Shown here in pieces: positions 8,275-18,081 of a stretch of 50,998 nucleotides of DNA. Source of the stretch: a virus (taxonomy: Duplodnaviria; Caudoviricetes); IMG/VR virus record IMGVR_UViG_3300037424_003017, positions 1 to 50,998 of that record. One strand, 5' to 3'. Positions within the stretch are counted from its first letter, which is position 1. Each line of letters opens with the position of its first letter. The position numbers and the translations under genes are program-made. Below the pieces are notes generated by a model. That model did not search any database. It saw nothing but the letters and a program-made list of their open reading frames with translations, and was not told the DNA's origin.

Positions 8275-10035
8275 ATGAATAACCAGGTCATTTTTGTAGC
8301 GAACGATTTGATACGTATCAACCCGTCCCAACCGGACACCCCGTTGGATCTTCTCAAGATCCAAGAGATCCAGGAGAGCGTGCTCCGTTCCCGTGGAAAC
8401 GGCACGAAGGGCATTCTGCAGGTGTGCAAGGCGCGCAAGGTGGGCGAGGTCTACGAGCTGTTCTTTGGTCGCCACCGTCTGGCAGCGTTTCAGGAACTGG
8501 CGAAGGACGATCTGTTCTTCGATGAGTTTCCCCTGCTGGTGTGCGATGCGACTGATCAGGAAATGTTCGAAGCGATGGGCGTCGAGAACCTGAGCCGGCG
8601 CGATCTGAGCCTGGTGGAAATAGGCGAGATGTTCCGGGCGTACATGGAGAAGTTCCACGCCAACAGCGTGTTGACTTCCCAGGCGTTCGGCAAGACCGAC
8701 GAGTATGTGCGTTCTGCGGTGCGAATGGCAAAGGCTCCGGAGCCGGTCAGGAAGGAATTGCAAGCCGGCAAGATCACGGTCACGACCGCGCGGGACCTGT
8801 TGGTGGTCAATAAATTACTGGGTGAGGAGGGGATCCAGGAAGCCCTGGACGATATCCAGAAGGGGACGTGGGATAGCCCTCAGGAAGCTATTGTTGGAAC
8901 GTTGAGAAGTACTGATCGCGTGGTTGAGCTGCCTAATCATAGTTACTCTCTCCAGAATGAGTGGGTCGTTGCCACTAAGTACCCTTATAAGTCCCTGCCG
9001 GCGTTGGGGGTGCAAGCTGCGGCGAAGATCATAGGGTTTGAGTTGAAGATCCACAGCGACAAGCAGTATTTGCAAAACCGCATCAATGAATTTCAGGAAG
9101 GCAAGACCATCGAAGATATGCCGGCATATCATGGCGGTAGTGATAAGACCAGGGAAGAGTTGGAGAAATTGCAAGTGCTGGTGCGCCCCCCTGCCTGCAC
9201 TGCCTGTCCGTTCCATGCCGTCTTCGATGGTGATCACTACTGTGGCCTTCCTGCCTGCAAAGAGCGTAAGGCGAAGGGCTGGAAACAGAAGATGATCGAC
9301 GAGCATGTGAAGAAGTTGAAGATCGCTCTCTACGACAAAGAGAAGGATGGGGAGTTCATCCCGCTAAAAAGACACCATGCGCCTGATCAGAAGCTGTATG
9401 AAGCCCGCGGCGCCGACCTGCGCGTGCGAGTTGTCCCCAATAAACCATGGGAGGACATTGGCACGGGACACGATAATGTGCAGGTTGTGCTGATCGGAAA
9501 GGCTGCTGTCAACCGGATCAAGTCTCAGCAAGGCGACATCGAAAAGGGCATGACCGAGAATCTGGACCGAGAAAATCAACTATTGGTACGTAACACCAAA
9601 AACGAATACCTGACCAGGTTTGCATGGGAGGTTACCTCCACTGTTTTTGAGTCTGCCTTGGACGGGATCGATAACCCCGCAGTTCTAAGCGAGATCTATG
9701 ACTTTGGAGACTACAACCATGACGCGGACTTTCCGGAAGGCGTTGATGATGGTGACGAGCTAATGGAAGCTGCAAAAAAGATAACGAAGAAGCCTGACAG
9801 TGCGAAGCTAATGCGCCGGCTGATCGCTCACCATATGGTCTTCCGGTCACTCGATGGAACTGTTTTACGTCATGTGCGGACCTTATCCAAGAAGCCTGTC
9901 CTTGAGATCGCAGAGCATCTGAGAAAAATCGGCAAGGAATGGGGCGTGAAACTTCCTAACGACTGGACGAAGCAGGCTGAGCGGTATCAAGCCGACTTGG
10001 ATGCGGCGCTCAAGGAATTGAAGGTGCAGGCATGA
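8275..10035 (+). CDS. ParB/Spo0J N-terminal domain protein
   Basis: INPSQP, GRHRLAA box, ENLSRRDLSLVE, following HTH; CTAC...C...C cluster. Confidence 0.8.
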   Translation: MNNQVIFVANDLIRINPSQPDTPLDLLKIQEIQESVLRSRGNGTKGILQVCKARKVGEVYELFFGRHRLAAFQELAKDDLFFDEFPLLVCDATDQEMFEAMGVENLSRRDLSLVEIGEMFRAYMEKFHANSVLTSQAFGKTDEYVRSAVRMAKAPEPVRKELQAGKITVTTARDLLVVNKLLGEEGIQEALDDIQKGTWDSPQEAIVGTLRSTDRVVELPNHSYSLQNEWVVATKYPYKSLPALGVQAAAKIIGFELKIHSDKQYLQNRINEFQEGKTIEDMPAYHGGSDKTREELEKLQVLVRPPACTACPFHAVFDGDHYCGLPACKERKAKGWKQKMIDEHVKKLKIALYDKEKDGEFIPLKRHHAPDQKLYEARGADLRVRVVPNKPWEDIGTGHDNVQVVLIGKAAVNRIKSQQGDIEKGMTENLDRENQLLVRNTKNEYLTRFAWEVTSTVFESALDGIDNPAVLSEIYDFGDYNHDADFPEGVDDGDELMEAAKKITKKPDSAKLMRRLIAHHMVFRSLDGTVLRHVRTLSKKPVLEIAEHLRKIGKEWGVKLPNDWTKQAERYQADLDAALKELKVQA

Positions 10036-10319
10036 ACGGTGGGATGTTGTGGTTCGATTCGGACCCGAAGACTTCCCTGGTGGAGAAGATCGTCAAAGCG
10101 TTCATCTACTACCAGAAGAAATACGGGCGCGCCGCAGAGTTGTGCCTGGTGAACCCATCCGCCTTGAATGATCAGAAGCTGGAAGAGATCCAGGGACTGA
10201 CTGTGCGACCGTGGAAATCTGTTCTTCCGGGTCATTTCATACTCGGAGTGCAGGATGACCCTGACTACGCAAAAGAGATCGAGACGAAGATGGAAGCCAG
10301 CCGACGGGAGAACCTATGA
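10032..10319 (+). CDS. hypothetical phage protein
   Basis: Coupled ORF. Confidence 0.65.
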   Translation: MNGGMLWFDSDPKTSLVEKIVKAFIYYQKKYGRAAELCLVNPSALNDQKLEEIQGLTVRPWKSVLPGHFILGVQDDPDYAKEIETKMEASRRENL

Positions 10320-10774
10320 AACCGATCGTGTTCTTCGTGGATGGTGAGCCGCGGGCAAAGCAGTCCTTCCGTGCAAACCGGAACGGGCACGGCGGTTTCA
10401 CGCCGGCGTACATCAAAGCCTGGCAGAGCCGTGTCGGTTGGATCGCACAACAAGCCATTCGCAAGATCGGGATGTTGGACCCGCTCGAAGGCAACCTGAC
10501 TGTTGAATTGACGTTCTTCCTGGGTGACCTGCGCCGCATCGATCTGGATAACTTGAGTAAGGCTGTGCAAGATGGCCTGAACAAGGTCACCTGGAAGGAT
10601 GACCAACAGAACATTGACCTGATTTTGCACAAGTATGTATGCCGCACCAGGCAGGGCGTGCTGGTGAAGATCACAGAGAATGAACGACCGGTTGAGATCG
10701 GTGAAACGGAAATGAATGACATGATCGGTTTGCAGTTGTTCGATCAATATATGCAGGAGGTAGTTTCTCCATGA
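10316..10774 (+). CDS. rusA: RusA family Holliday junction resolvase
   Basis: GEPRAKQ, DLDNLSKAVQDGL, WKDDQQ motifs. Confidence 0.9.
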   Translation: MKPIVFFVDGEPRAKQSFRANRNGHGGFTPAYIKAWQSRVGWIAQQAIRKIGMLDPLEGNLTVELTFFLGDLRRIDLDNLSKAVQDGLNKVTWKDDQQNIDLILHKYVCRTRQGVLVKITENERPVEIGETEMNDMIGLQLFDQYMQEVVSP

Positions 10775-11031
10775 CTCTGATTACGCTCGAACCTGATATG
10801 AGCATCGAGCCGGGCCACCAATGGCTATTGCTGGACGACTCGCTTGAGGGTGCGGCTCTGGCTATCTTGTTGACGGGTGACACGGTGCTGGAAGAACATG
10901 ACGGATTGATCCATGTACCACACACCGCCGACGTAGACGAACGGATCGTGAAACTGATCGACGAGCTGGCGCATGTGCGATTTTCCGCACCGAACATGGT
11001 GCAGATGATCATGGCGGAGGTGACTGAATGA
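10771..11031 (+). CDS. hypothetical phage protein
   Basis: AGGAGG RBS; coupled to both neighbours. Confidence 0.6.
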   Translation: MTLITLEPDMSIEPGHQWLLLDDSLEGAALAILLTGDTVLEEHDGLIHVPHTADVDERIVKLIDELAHVRFSAPNMVQMIMAEVTE

Positions 11032-12305
11032 CTTTGCCGACACCGCCACGCTATGTGGTGTTGCCTCACGAAGTGATCGAGCAGGCGTACCAGGGCGAGA
11101 AGCCCAGGCGCGCGTTGCTGGCTTCGTTCACGCGGTTGATCTCGCTGGCTTGGGAAGCCAAATACGAGCACACGCCGCCGATGAACGAAGAGGAAGTGAT
11201 CACATTCCTGAAATTGAGCCGCCGGCAGTATTTCGAGCAGAAGGCTGATATGGAGTTGATGGGTTGGCTTCGTTCAACACATCCGCGCCCTGGCTTCGTC
11301 CAGATCAGCTTCAGCAGAAATATTGCCGATCAGGTTTCTGCGAGTGCGGAAAATCGCACCGTGAGTGCGGAAAATCGCACTGGTTTTGATGTATTGAGGA
11401 TTGAGGAGGAGGAATCTCTTAAATTCTTAAATACAGAATCCTCCTCCTCAATCAATCTGTCAGTGCGAAAAATCGCACCAGCAAAGACGCTTCGACTGCA
11501 AGCGGACGAGCGCCGCTCTCCGCTCAGCGCGACAGAAAAAGCCGACCACCAGAAGGTTGCGCGAATGATCTCGAACCTGCCGTTGTTGTTCGACCCGATG
11601 GAATTTGGTCTGTTGGAGATGCGACCCGCCTTTCGTGATCTGGAACCGCAGTTCGTGTTGGGGTGGATCGTGAAGGCATACCAGGATCGGGAGAAGTTAC
11701 GACGCGGCGGGGGCGTGATCGGGCTGATCGTATCCCGTTTGAACGGTGTGGAGTATCCCAACGCATTTTTCATCGAGCATTGCAATGACATTCTACCGGA
11801 GTTGTACCTGGAGAAGGTGGGCGGGTTGATTGAGTTCGAGTGCGATTACTGCACAAAAAAATTCAACACCCGTGTGAACAAAGAAGAGCACGAGAAAGCA
11901 GAACATCCGTACCGATGTATGGAGTGCAATGCGTGGTTCACCACCGAAGAGGAAGAGAAAGTGCATTACGTCGATACACACGACCCGTATCGGATCCGCA
12001 AACCAGAACCGGCAACGATCATCGCCATGCCGGCGATCACGGGAGATATTACCCCAGAGATCGCCTGGCAGAGTGTATTGGCACAGCTTCAGATGGAGAT
12101 GCCGCGGGCGAGCTTCGATACCTGGGTGCGGGATACGCAGGTGATCCGTTACGGCGGTAACGCGTTGACGGTGGGCGTGCGGAATTCTTATGCACGAGAT
12201 TGGTTGGAGAACCGCATCCGTAGCACGGTGGAACGAATGCTGGTAGGGATCCTGAACCAGAGCGTGAAGGTGGTCTTCACGGTGGCGCAGGATGTGGAGG
12301 TATAG
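11028..12305 (+). CDS. replication initiator with C2H2 fingers and C-terminal DnaA N-terminal-like domain
   Basis: Internal iterons; CDYC..H...H and CMEC..H...H; C-terminus WQSVLAQLQMEMPRASFDTWVRDT..NSYARDWLENR resembles DnaA domain I. Confidence 0.8.
   Translation: MTLPTPPRYVVLPHEVIEQAYQGEKPRRALLASFTRLISLAWEAKYEHTPPMNEEEVITFLKLSRRQYFEQKADMELMGWLRSTHPRPGFVQISFSRNIADQVSASAENRTVSAENRTGFDVLRIEEEESLKFLNTESSSSINLSVRKIAPAKTLRLQADERRSPLSATEKADHQKVARMISNLPLLFDPMEFGLLEMRPAFRDLEPQFVLGWIVKAYQDREKLRRGGGVIGLIVSRLNGVEYPNAFFIEHCNDILPELYLEKVGGLIEFECDYCTKKFNTRVNKEEHEKAEHPYRCMECNAWFTTEEEEKVHYVDTHDPYRIRKPEPATIIAMPAITGDITPEIAWQSVLAQLQMEMPRASFDTWVRDTQVIRYGGNALTVGVRNSYARDWLENRIRSTVERMLVGILNQSVKVVFTVAQDVEV
11344..11478. 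repeat. putative replication origin: iterons and AT-rich hairpin
   Basis: GTGCG(G/A)AAAATCGCAC at 11344, 11365 and 11463; ~18-bp inverted repeat ~11400-11450 around an AT-rich core. Confidence 0.75.
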
Positions 12306-12450
12306 GACACATGACACAAAACTTGAAGAAATTGATCCCCTGTACATTGTTGTTTGGCATGGCGTGCCAGTTTTCCTCAACGGGGGGTAGCTTGATCCTG
12401 CTGATCGTAGCGGCTGCCTGTCTCTTGTTCGTGATGGCTTATGGAAGTGG

Positions 12451-12726
12451 ATGGTTCAAATGAACATTTTGTCCTTCATCGTGACCTGGGATCCCTCCTA
12501 TTTACAATTGGACGAGGATACAGGGAAACCATTGTCGATCCCAACAAAGGTACTCTCCAATACCTCGGAGAGTGTCCTTGTGCAGGCAGCAACCAGTGAT
12601 GAGGTCTCCCGTTTGTTCCAGGGAACAACACCGGCGGGGAATGTGTCACGTGTGATCACGCATGAAGGAAGATTTTTATGGAGAGTTCATAACGAGCCAT
12701 GGAACACTCAGATCGAGGAAGAATGA
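12451..12726 (+). CDS. hypothetical protein
   Basis: ORF coupled to the ATPase start. Confidence 0.55.
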   Translation: MVQMNILSFIVTWDPSYLQLDEDTGKPLSIPTKVLSNTSESVLVQAATSDEVSRLFQGTTPAGNVSRVITHEGRFLWRVHNEPWNTQIEEE

Positions 12727-14660
12727 AAAAAAATCTACTGGTCATTGTATTTTTTCTGACATCATGCGGGACCGGTTATGTGGCCAGCGGCACGCCGGCG
12801 GGAAATGATCCTGCGAACGTGATGGCAGTGAATTCGCCACGGCCATCTGCTACGGCTACCCCTAGCATTGTTCCGAGTGCGACACAGAATCCATTCCTGG
12901 ATATCTACGTGAGCCAGACCGCAGTCGAGATTGAGCGAATCCGCCTGGCACAACAAGAAGATCAGTTGAGAGCCGACCAGGCATACCAGGATTTACAGTT
13001 GACGTCTGACAGCGCCACCTCCACGGCCGGCGCCGCGGTCGCCCAGACTCAACGAGCCGATAAAGAGCTGTCCCTTGCTCGAACTGCCGGCGTACCCAGC
13101 ACAGAAATTTCATCGAGCGCAACCTCGGCGGCGGTGACTGCTACTGCAAAGATCGAGGAACAACAATATCGCTCCAAGGTATTTGGGATTTGGATATGGA
13201 AAGCATTCCTCGCCATCCTGGCGTTGTCTTTCCTGGGTGGTGCGATCTACGGCGGCGTCCTGGCGTTCCGTGGATTGCATTTCCGCATGTCGCAGATGGC
13301 GCCGGATGAGAATGGGCGCTATAAGATCGTGGCTGAATCAGCCATCCCTGGGAAAGAGAAGCGGTTGATCAATCCGAACCTTGCGACTCGTGTGAGCATC
13401 AGCCCGAAAGATGACGATCTGACGGCTGAGCAATCGCTGATCAATACACAGAGTCACCGGCAACTGGAAGCGACCCGGGCAATTGCTCAATCACCAGCGA
13501 TGATGCGGCAACTGACGAAGCAGAAACCAGTCGGGAGCGAAGCGCATCTTCCGACGTCGGACGTGGGCATCTCGAAGCCTGAGATCAATTACCTGACCGA
13601 TGGAGCGGTGCTTACACCGGCGTGGTCACTTATCGAAGGATGGGATGGGGCAGGGGACATCCCATACGGTGTGAGCGCACAGGGCATGGAGAGTGTTTCG
13701 ATCCAGCAGGTGCCTCATGGCGGGATCTTCGGGAAGACGGGCAAGGGCAAGAGTCGTTATTTCCTGCGTACCTTCATTGCGGGTGCGATCGCGGCGGGTC
13801 ACCGCGTAGTGATCCTCGGAAAGCAAGCCGACTTCCAACCGTTTGCCGATCATCCAAACGTGAAGATGATCCCCGTCAAGCAGTTCACAGTCGAGTCTGA
13901 GGCGGCGCGCTATGCAAATTGTTTGCGGCAGATCGTCGAGGAGATGAACCGGCGCGATGATTATCTGACAGGGAATCATGTCTCTACATGGGACCGTGCC
14001 GGCCGCGAGAATACCCTGCTTGTGTTGGATGAGTTGGGAAATTCATTGGACATGATGCCGCGTGAAATCGCAAGCGAAGCGTACCGCCTGGTACAGGGTC
14101 TGGTGAAGGAAGGTCGTAAGGTCGGTCTCAATGTGTGGCTTGCGTCTCAGCGTGCGGTCGGCTTCAAGAGCATCGTTGAACAGTTGGGTCGTGCGGTTTT
14201 CTATCTGTCGGATGCTGAGGCGAGCCGCTATGCCCTGGGGTTCCCTGGTGCAGAAATGCTGAGGGATGGTCACTTCTATGCCAAGTTCCAGAGCGTGCGC
14301 AAGTGTGCGGCGTTCGATCCTACAGATGACGAGCTGACATCATTCCTGGCTGGTCGTTCTGTGAAGACCCATGAGCCGATCAATTGGATCAACGGGACTG
14401 TGGTTGGTGAGGAGCAGTCAGAGGTAAGCGGTCAACGAGCCGGCGATCAAGACCGGGCTGGAGAAGACGAAAAGATTAGGAGCGTTCTGGTGCGGATGAT
14501 TGCTGATGGTCGCGTGAATCTGTCTCAAGTTGAAAGGGAAGTTTTTGGACAGGCGAAGGGCGGCGAACAGTTCCGGCGCGTGCAGGCGATTTATATCGAT
14601 ATAAAGAAAACTACTACTACTTCGCAGAATATTGCCGATTTTGGCACTTCTCCAGCGTAG
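12723..14660 (+). CDS. membrane-anchored FtsK/HerA-superfamily ATPase with lipoprotein signal
   Basis: MKKNLLVIVFFLTSC lipobox; one TM helix; Walker A GKTGKGKS; Walker B LLVLDE; EGRKVG and ASQR motifs. Confidence 0.8.
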   Translation: MKKNLLVIVFFLTSCGTGYVASGTPAGNDPANVMAVNSPRPSATATPSIVPSATQNPFLDIYVSQTAVEIERIRLAQQEDQLRADQAYQDLQLTSDSATSTAGAAVAQTQRADKELSLARTAGVPSTEISSSATSAAVTATAKIEEQQYRSKVFGIWIWKAFLAILALSFLGGAIYGGVLAFRGLHFRMSQMAPDENGRYKIVAESAIPGKEKRLINPNLATRVSISPKDDDLTAEQSLINTQSHRQLEATRAIAQSPAMMRQLTKQKPVGSEAHLPTSDVGISKPEINYLTDGAVLTPAWSLIEGWDGAGDIPYGVSAQGMESVSIQQVPHGGIFGKTGKGKSRYFLRTFIAGAIAAGHRVVILGKQADFQPFADHPNVKMIPVKQFTVESEAARYANCLRQIVEEMNRRDDYLTGNHVSTWDRAGRENTLLVLDELGNSLDMMPREIASEAYRLVQGLVKEGRKVGLNVWLASQRAVGFKSIVEQLGRAVFYLSDAEASRYALGFPGAEMLRDGHFYAKFQSVRKCAAFDPTDDELTSFLAGRSVKTHEPINWINGTVVGEEQSEVSGQRAGDQDRAGEDEKIRSVLVRMIADGRVNLSQVEREVFGQAKGGEQFRRVQAIYIDIKKTTTTSQNIADFGTSPA

Positions 14661-14695
14661 TAGTAGTAGTAGCGCGGCGTAGTAGCGGAGAAAAT

Positions 14696-15484
14696 ATGAA
14701 AAAACAAAATGCAAATAGGTTTCATTTTGACTTCGGGATCTTCCTGCTGATCACAGGGGCGCTGTCGAATGTGACCCTATGGGTCGGCGCGTTCGTAGCG
14801 ACCGAGGCTCAAGGATCCGTTAGTGTGTGGGTACGGAATGCCTTTCTGCCGGTTCTGGGCGGGATCTCGGGTCTGGCGATGGGTATTACGGTGGCGGCTG
14901 GGTTGGTGTACGTGATCGCCAAACTCAACAACATGAAGCCGACCAACGAACGAAAGGTGCGCGGCAAGGATGAATACAAGTCCACGCCTAACATCCGCTT
15001 TTATGGTGCATGGAGTGCGATCGTGATGTTGCTGGTCATCTCGCCGGCATTGCTGGCTCCCTATGTGTATATGACGATCTCAGGCGCTGGGAGCCTGTTT
15101 CAGGTCCTGGGCGAGATGTGGGCAGGGGTGTGGTCGGTTGGCAGGATCGTAGCCGCTGACCTTGCGATGGGTGCGGTCGCATTGGTGCATGGAGTGCATT
15201 TTGGTGCAAGCGCACCCGGCGGACAGACTGCGAGCACTGCGAAGGGTGCGACGGAGTCCCTTGCACATCCGACTCGCACTCCGAAGAGTGCAAAGGGAAC
15301 TGCGAGCACTGCGACGAATGTGCGACTGTGCGATGTGGATGGGTGCGAGATCTCGTACCGCTGGCCGCAGGGCAAGGGAGCGCATTACAAGAAGCATCAT
15401 CCTGAACTGGTGATACAGAAAGGCATTCCTGCCGGTGTATCGTTGCCGCTCAAGCAAAACACGAATGTTGAGAAGAAGTTGTGA
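14696..15484 (+). CDS. multi-pass membrane protein with C-terminal C2H2-like finger
   Basis: About 4 TM helices, low-complexity linker, CDVDGC..HYKKHH. Confidence 0.7.
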   Translation: MKKQNANRFHFDFGIFLLITGALSNVTLWVGAFVATEAQGSVSVWVRNAFLPVLGGISGLAMGITVAAGLVYVIAKLNNMKPTNERKVRGKDEYKSTPNIRFYGAWSAIVMLLVISPALLAPYVYMTISGAGSLFQVLGEMWAGVWSVGRIVAADLAMGAVALVHGVHFGASAPGGQTASTAKGATESLAHPTRTPKSAKGTASTATNVRLCDVDGCEISYRWPQGKGAHYKKHHPELVIQKGIPAGVSLPLKQNTNVEKKL

Positions 15485-15687
15485 GCGATCTTCGACCGTG
15501 GTTTGTGGAAGACATGGCGAGAGTGATCAAGAGTGTAGTGTTCACGGCGCTCGCCAGCAATAACGAGGATTACCGACGCGGTTTTCTGGCTTGTGCAACC
15601 GCCATTTGCATGGCTTTTGGGATCGATATAAAAGATGTCATTGCCGAATTTGAAGTATTTTACCAGGAGAAACAGAGTAAGCCATGA
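15481..15687 (+). CDS. hypothetical protein
   Basis: GTGA-coupled ORF. Confidence 0.55.
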   Translation: MSDLRPWFVEDMARVIKSVVFTALASNNEDYRRGFLACATAICMAFGIDIKDVIAEFEVFYQEKQSKP

Positions 15688-15823
15688 AGAAGAATTGGAG
15701 AGATAAGGTCATGTGTGTATTCGGATTTTTGTTCTTTGGCGTGACACTTACGTGGGTTGTGTGGTTCGTGTTGAACCATCCGCCGTTCTAAGAGAGACGT
15801 TTTGAAAGGATGAAGATGGTGAC

Positions 15824-16810
15824 ATGAAATTAATGGCTGTGGTTCGAGATGCGTTACGAACGAAGGGATATGCCTATAAAACCGAGAAGGCGTATTTGAA
15901 TTGGATCCGCAGATATGTACGCTTTCATTTACCGAGTCATCCGCGGGACGTGGAAACCGAGGGTGTAAAGAAATTTTTAACACACCTGGCAGTTGATGGC
16001 AATGTGAGCGGCGGAACGCAGAACCAGGCATTGGCGGCGTTATTGTTTTTGTATCGGGTTCTTGAAGTCGAACTTGGTGACATCGAGATGGTGCGTGCAA
16101 AGAAGGACAGGCGTTTGCCAACTGTTCTCTCTGTCAATGAAGTGATGCAAGTGTTGGAGAATATGACTGGCGTGTATCGCATCATGGCTGAGATCATGTA
16201 TGGAGGCGGTCTGCGGTTGAATGAATGTTTGAAGTTGAGGGTGAAGGATGTGGATATGTTCAATCGCCGAATCACATTGAGAGATACGAAGAGTAACTGT
16301 GATCGGGTAACGTGCCTGCCATCATCCGTTATTCCGGCACTGCAATTACATTTAGTGAAAGTTCAGGCTCAACATACAGAAGACCTGGCAAGTGGTTATG
16401 GCGAGGTCGAACTGCCGTTTGCGCTTGAGAAGAAATACCCGCGCGCACCGTTCGAGTGGGGATGGCAGTACGTTTTTCCTGCGGCACAGTTTTCGACTGA
16501 TCCACGAAGCGGTCATGTGAGACGGCATCATATTTTTGAGACGAGTGTCCAGCGGGCAGTGAAAGAGGCGGCACGGAAGGCGAAGATCGCAAAGCCTGTG
16601 GGTCCACACACGCTGCGCCATTGTTTTGCAACTCATCTTTTGGAAGGAGGCACAGATATTCGAACAATACAAGACTTGCTTGGTCATAAAGATTTGAAAA
16701 CGACGATGGTTTATACACATGTCGTTGGGGGCTCGGCAGTACGCTCGCCGTTGGATCGGAATTTGGAACTGCGTGAGGGGATTATGCGGCGCGTAGTTGT
16801 AGAATCATGA
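15824..16810 (+). CDS. intI: integron integrase (tyrosine recombinase)
   Basis: [33 protein letters not shown], IntI-specific insert [42 protein letters not shown], catalytic VYTHV; intact. Confidence 0.95.
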   Translation: MKLMAVVRDALRTKGYAYKTEKAYLNWIRRYVRFHLPSHPRDVETEGVKKFLTHLAVDGNVSGGTQNQALAALLFLYRVLEVELGDIEMVRAKKDRRLPTVLSVNEVMQVLENMTGVYRIMAEIMYGGGLRLNECLKLRVKDVDMFNRRITLRDTKSNCDRVTCLPSSVIPALQLHLVKVQAQHTEDLASGYGEVELPFALEKKYPRAPFEWGWQYVFPAAQFSTDPRSGHVRRHHIFETSVQRAVKEAARKAKIAKPVGPHTLRHCFATHLLEGGTDIRTIQDLLGHKDLKTTMVYTHVVGGSAVRSPLDRNLELREGIMRRVVVES

Positions 16811-16874
16811 GTTGTGCGTCGCTCGGGGAGCCTGAGTACACGCCCCCGCTCGCTGGACGCACAACGGGGCGCGA
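16811..16874 (+). repeat. type I cassette leader (64-bp exact direct repeat)
   Basis: Identical to 18413-18476. Confidence 0.9.
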
Positions 16875-16914
16875 AATGCAATTCGCAATCGTGCTATTAG
16901 AAAGGATGTCAATT

Positions 16915-17232
16915 ATGAACGATGAAGCCTTGCAAGAAGCATCAAAGAAACTACGAAAACTGAGGCTTACTGATGTAGGCGGGCGCAAAGAGCATCCTGC
17001 CGACACTGTCAAGTCTGTTTTCGAGAGGGGATTAGGTGGCATGTACGATGACGACGCAATCACATATGTACTTCGGTGGGGTATCAAGTATTACCGCGAC
17101 GCACAACTGCGAATTGGAGCAGACGATGCGGGACATACTTGCCCCTCCTGTAAGGGGCTTCGTATTGTGCGAAACAGTGACGGATTGGGTAGTCAAGATT
17201 GTCCCGCCTGCAAGGGAACGGGGCAAGCATGA
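16915..17232 (+). CDS. cassette 1 protein with C-terminal CxxCxG zinc finger
   Basis: GAAAGGA RBS; CPSCKG..CPACKGTG encoded inside attC1. Confidence 0.75.
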   Translation: MNDEALQEASKKLRKLRLTDVGGRKEHPADTVKSVFERGLGGMYDDDAITYVLRWGIKYYRDAQLRIGADDAGHTCPSCKGLRIVRNSDGLGSQDCPACKGTGQA

Positions 17233-17269
17233 ACGCCCCGCTCGCTGTTCATTTCGCGCCCCGTTGGGC
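17101..17269 (+). other. attC-like site 1
   Basis: GCACAAC-TGCGAATT-GGAGCAG ... CTGTTC-ATTTCGCG-CCCC-GTTGGGC. Confidence 0.75.
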
Positions 17270-17302
17270 GGCTCCCTTGCCAACCAGCAGAAAGGTAAAA
17301 CG

Positions 17303-17554
17303 ATGAACGAGAAGAAAATTATTGAAACACTAGAAATGATTGTTCAAGATATGGCGGATGATGCAAAGAATTTTGATGGTAAGCCATTCACTGGTCGCAC
17401 AGTTGCAGAGTATTTCGGTAATCAGGGTGCGGCAATTGCGGCTCTTGCTAACATTGTCAAATCTTTGGTTGAAAGCCGCCCAACATTGCGTGCAGTTGAC
17501 CCGCCTTCGGCTCTGGTGGGCGGTGGTAATTATGAAAATTCGGCGGGCAACTAA
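17303..17554 (+). CDS. cassette 2 hypothetical protein
   Basis: GAAAGG RBS; reads through attC2 and stops in the L' box. Confidence 0.75.
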   Translation: MNEKKIIETLEMIVQDMADDAKNFDGKPFTGRTVAEYFGNQGAAIAALANIVKSLVESRPTLRAVDPPSALVGGGNYENSAGN

Positions 17555-17569
17555 CGTCAGCCGTTGCGA
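17478..17569 (+). other. attC site 2 (canonical geometry)
   Basis: GCCCAAC-ATT-GCGTGCAGTTG ... CAACTAACGT-CAGCC-GTTGCGA. Confidence 0.85.
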
Positions 17570-17648
17570 CGACACTGCGCTCCCCCCAACGAACGGGGGG
17601 GCTTGGTCGCCGCAATGGGCGCGGCGTAAAACGTAGAGTTGCGGCGCT
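17563..17648 (+). repeat. type II cassette leader
   Basis: GAC(A/G)CTGCGCTCCCCC..GGGGGGCTTGGTC core; related copies at 17973-18056, 18854-18941 and 19830-19914. Confidence 0.88.
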
Positions 17649-17682
17649 TCATGAAAAATAAGTATTTTGATAGGAGAATAAA

Positions 17683-17913
17683 ATGGCTAGACGTGACACA
17701 AATATAATCTTGAGGTGTACCTTGGAAGATAAAAGGATGTTGAAAGAACTTTGCAAACGATTGGATATGAATCAATCACAAATTATTCGTAAACTTATCA
17801 CTGGCTCGTTTAGAATTTTCAAAGAGGAAGACGCTTTGCTAGACACGAGCGCCGCAACTCTACGTGCACCCGACCAGAGCGGGAGAAAACGTAGAAATGG
17901 CAATAAAAAGTAA
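17683..17913 (+). CDS. cassette 3 ribbon-helix-helix-like protein
   Basis: IILRCTLEDKRMLKELCKRLDMNQSQIIRKLI; AGGAG RBS. Confidence 0.7.
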   Translation: MARRDTNIILRCTLEDKRMLKELCKRLDMNQSQIIRKLITGSFRIFKEEDALLDTSAATLRAPDQSGRKRRNGNKK

Positions 17914-17979
17914 AGTTGAATTCATAGAATTGGTGCGTGGCATTCCCGCTCTGGACGGGCGACGCCGCGCCCATTGGGC
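17852..17979 (+). other. attC-like site 3
   Basis: CCGCAAC-TCT-ACGTGCACCCG-ACCAGAGCGGGA ... TCCCGCTCTGG-ACGGGCGACG..CCC-ATTGGGC. Confidence 0.75.
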
Positions 17980-18081
17980 TGACGCTGCGCTCCCCCAAAG
18001 TGCGGGGGGCTTGGTCAGCCCAATGGGGCGAGCGTAGGAACGCAGAGCCGGGCTGCCCCTGAAAGGAAAAAGGAGTTGCTA

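Noticed and set aside
12723-14660. FtsK-like ATPase as genome-packaging motor
   Set aside because: A canonical terminase/portal set is present and this protein has a lipoprotein signal.
15764-15778. GGTTC-GTGTT-GAACC palindrome upstream of intI as an SOS box
   Set aside because: Half-sites are in the opposite order and spacing to a GAAC-N4-GTTC box, so it is not supportable.
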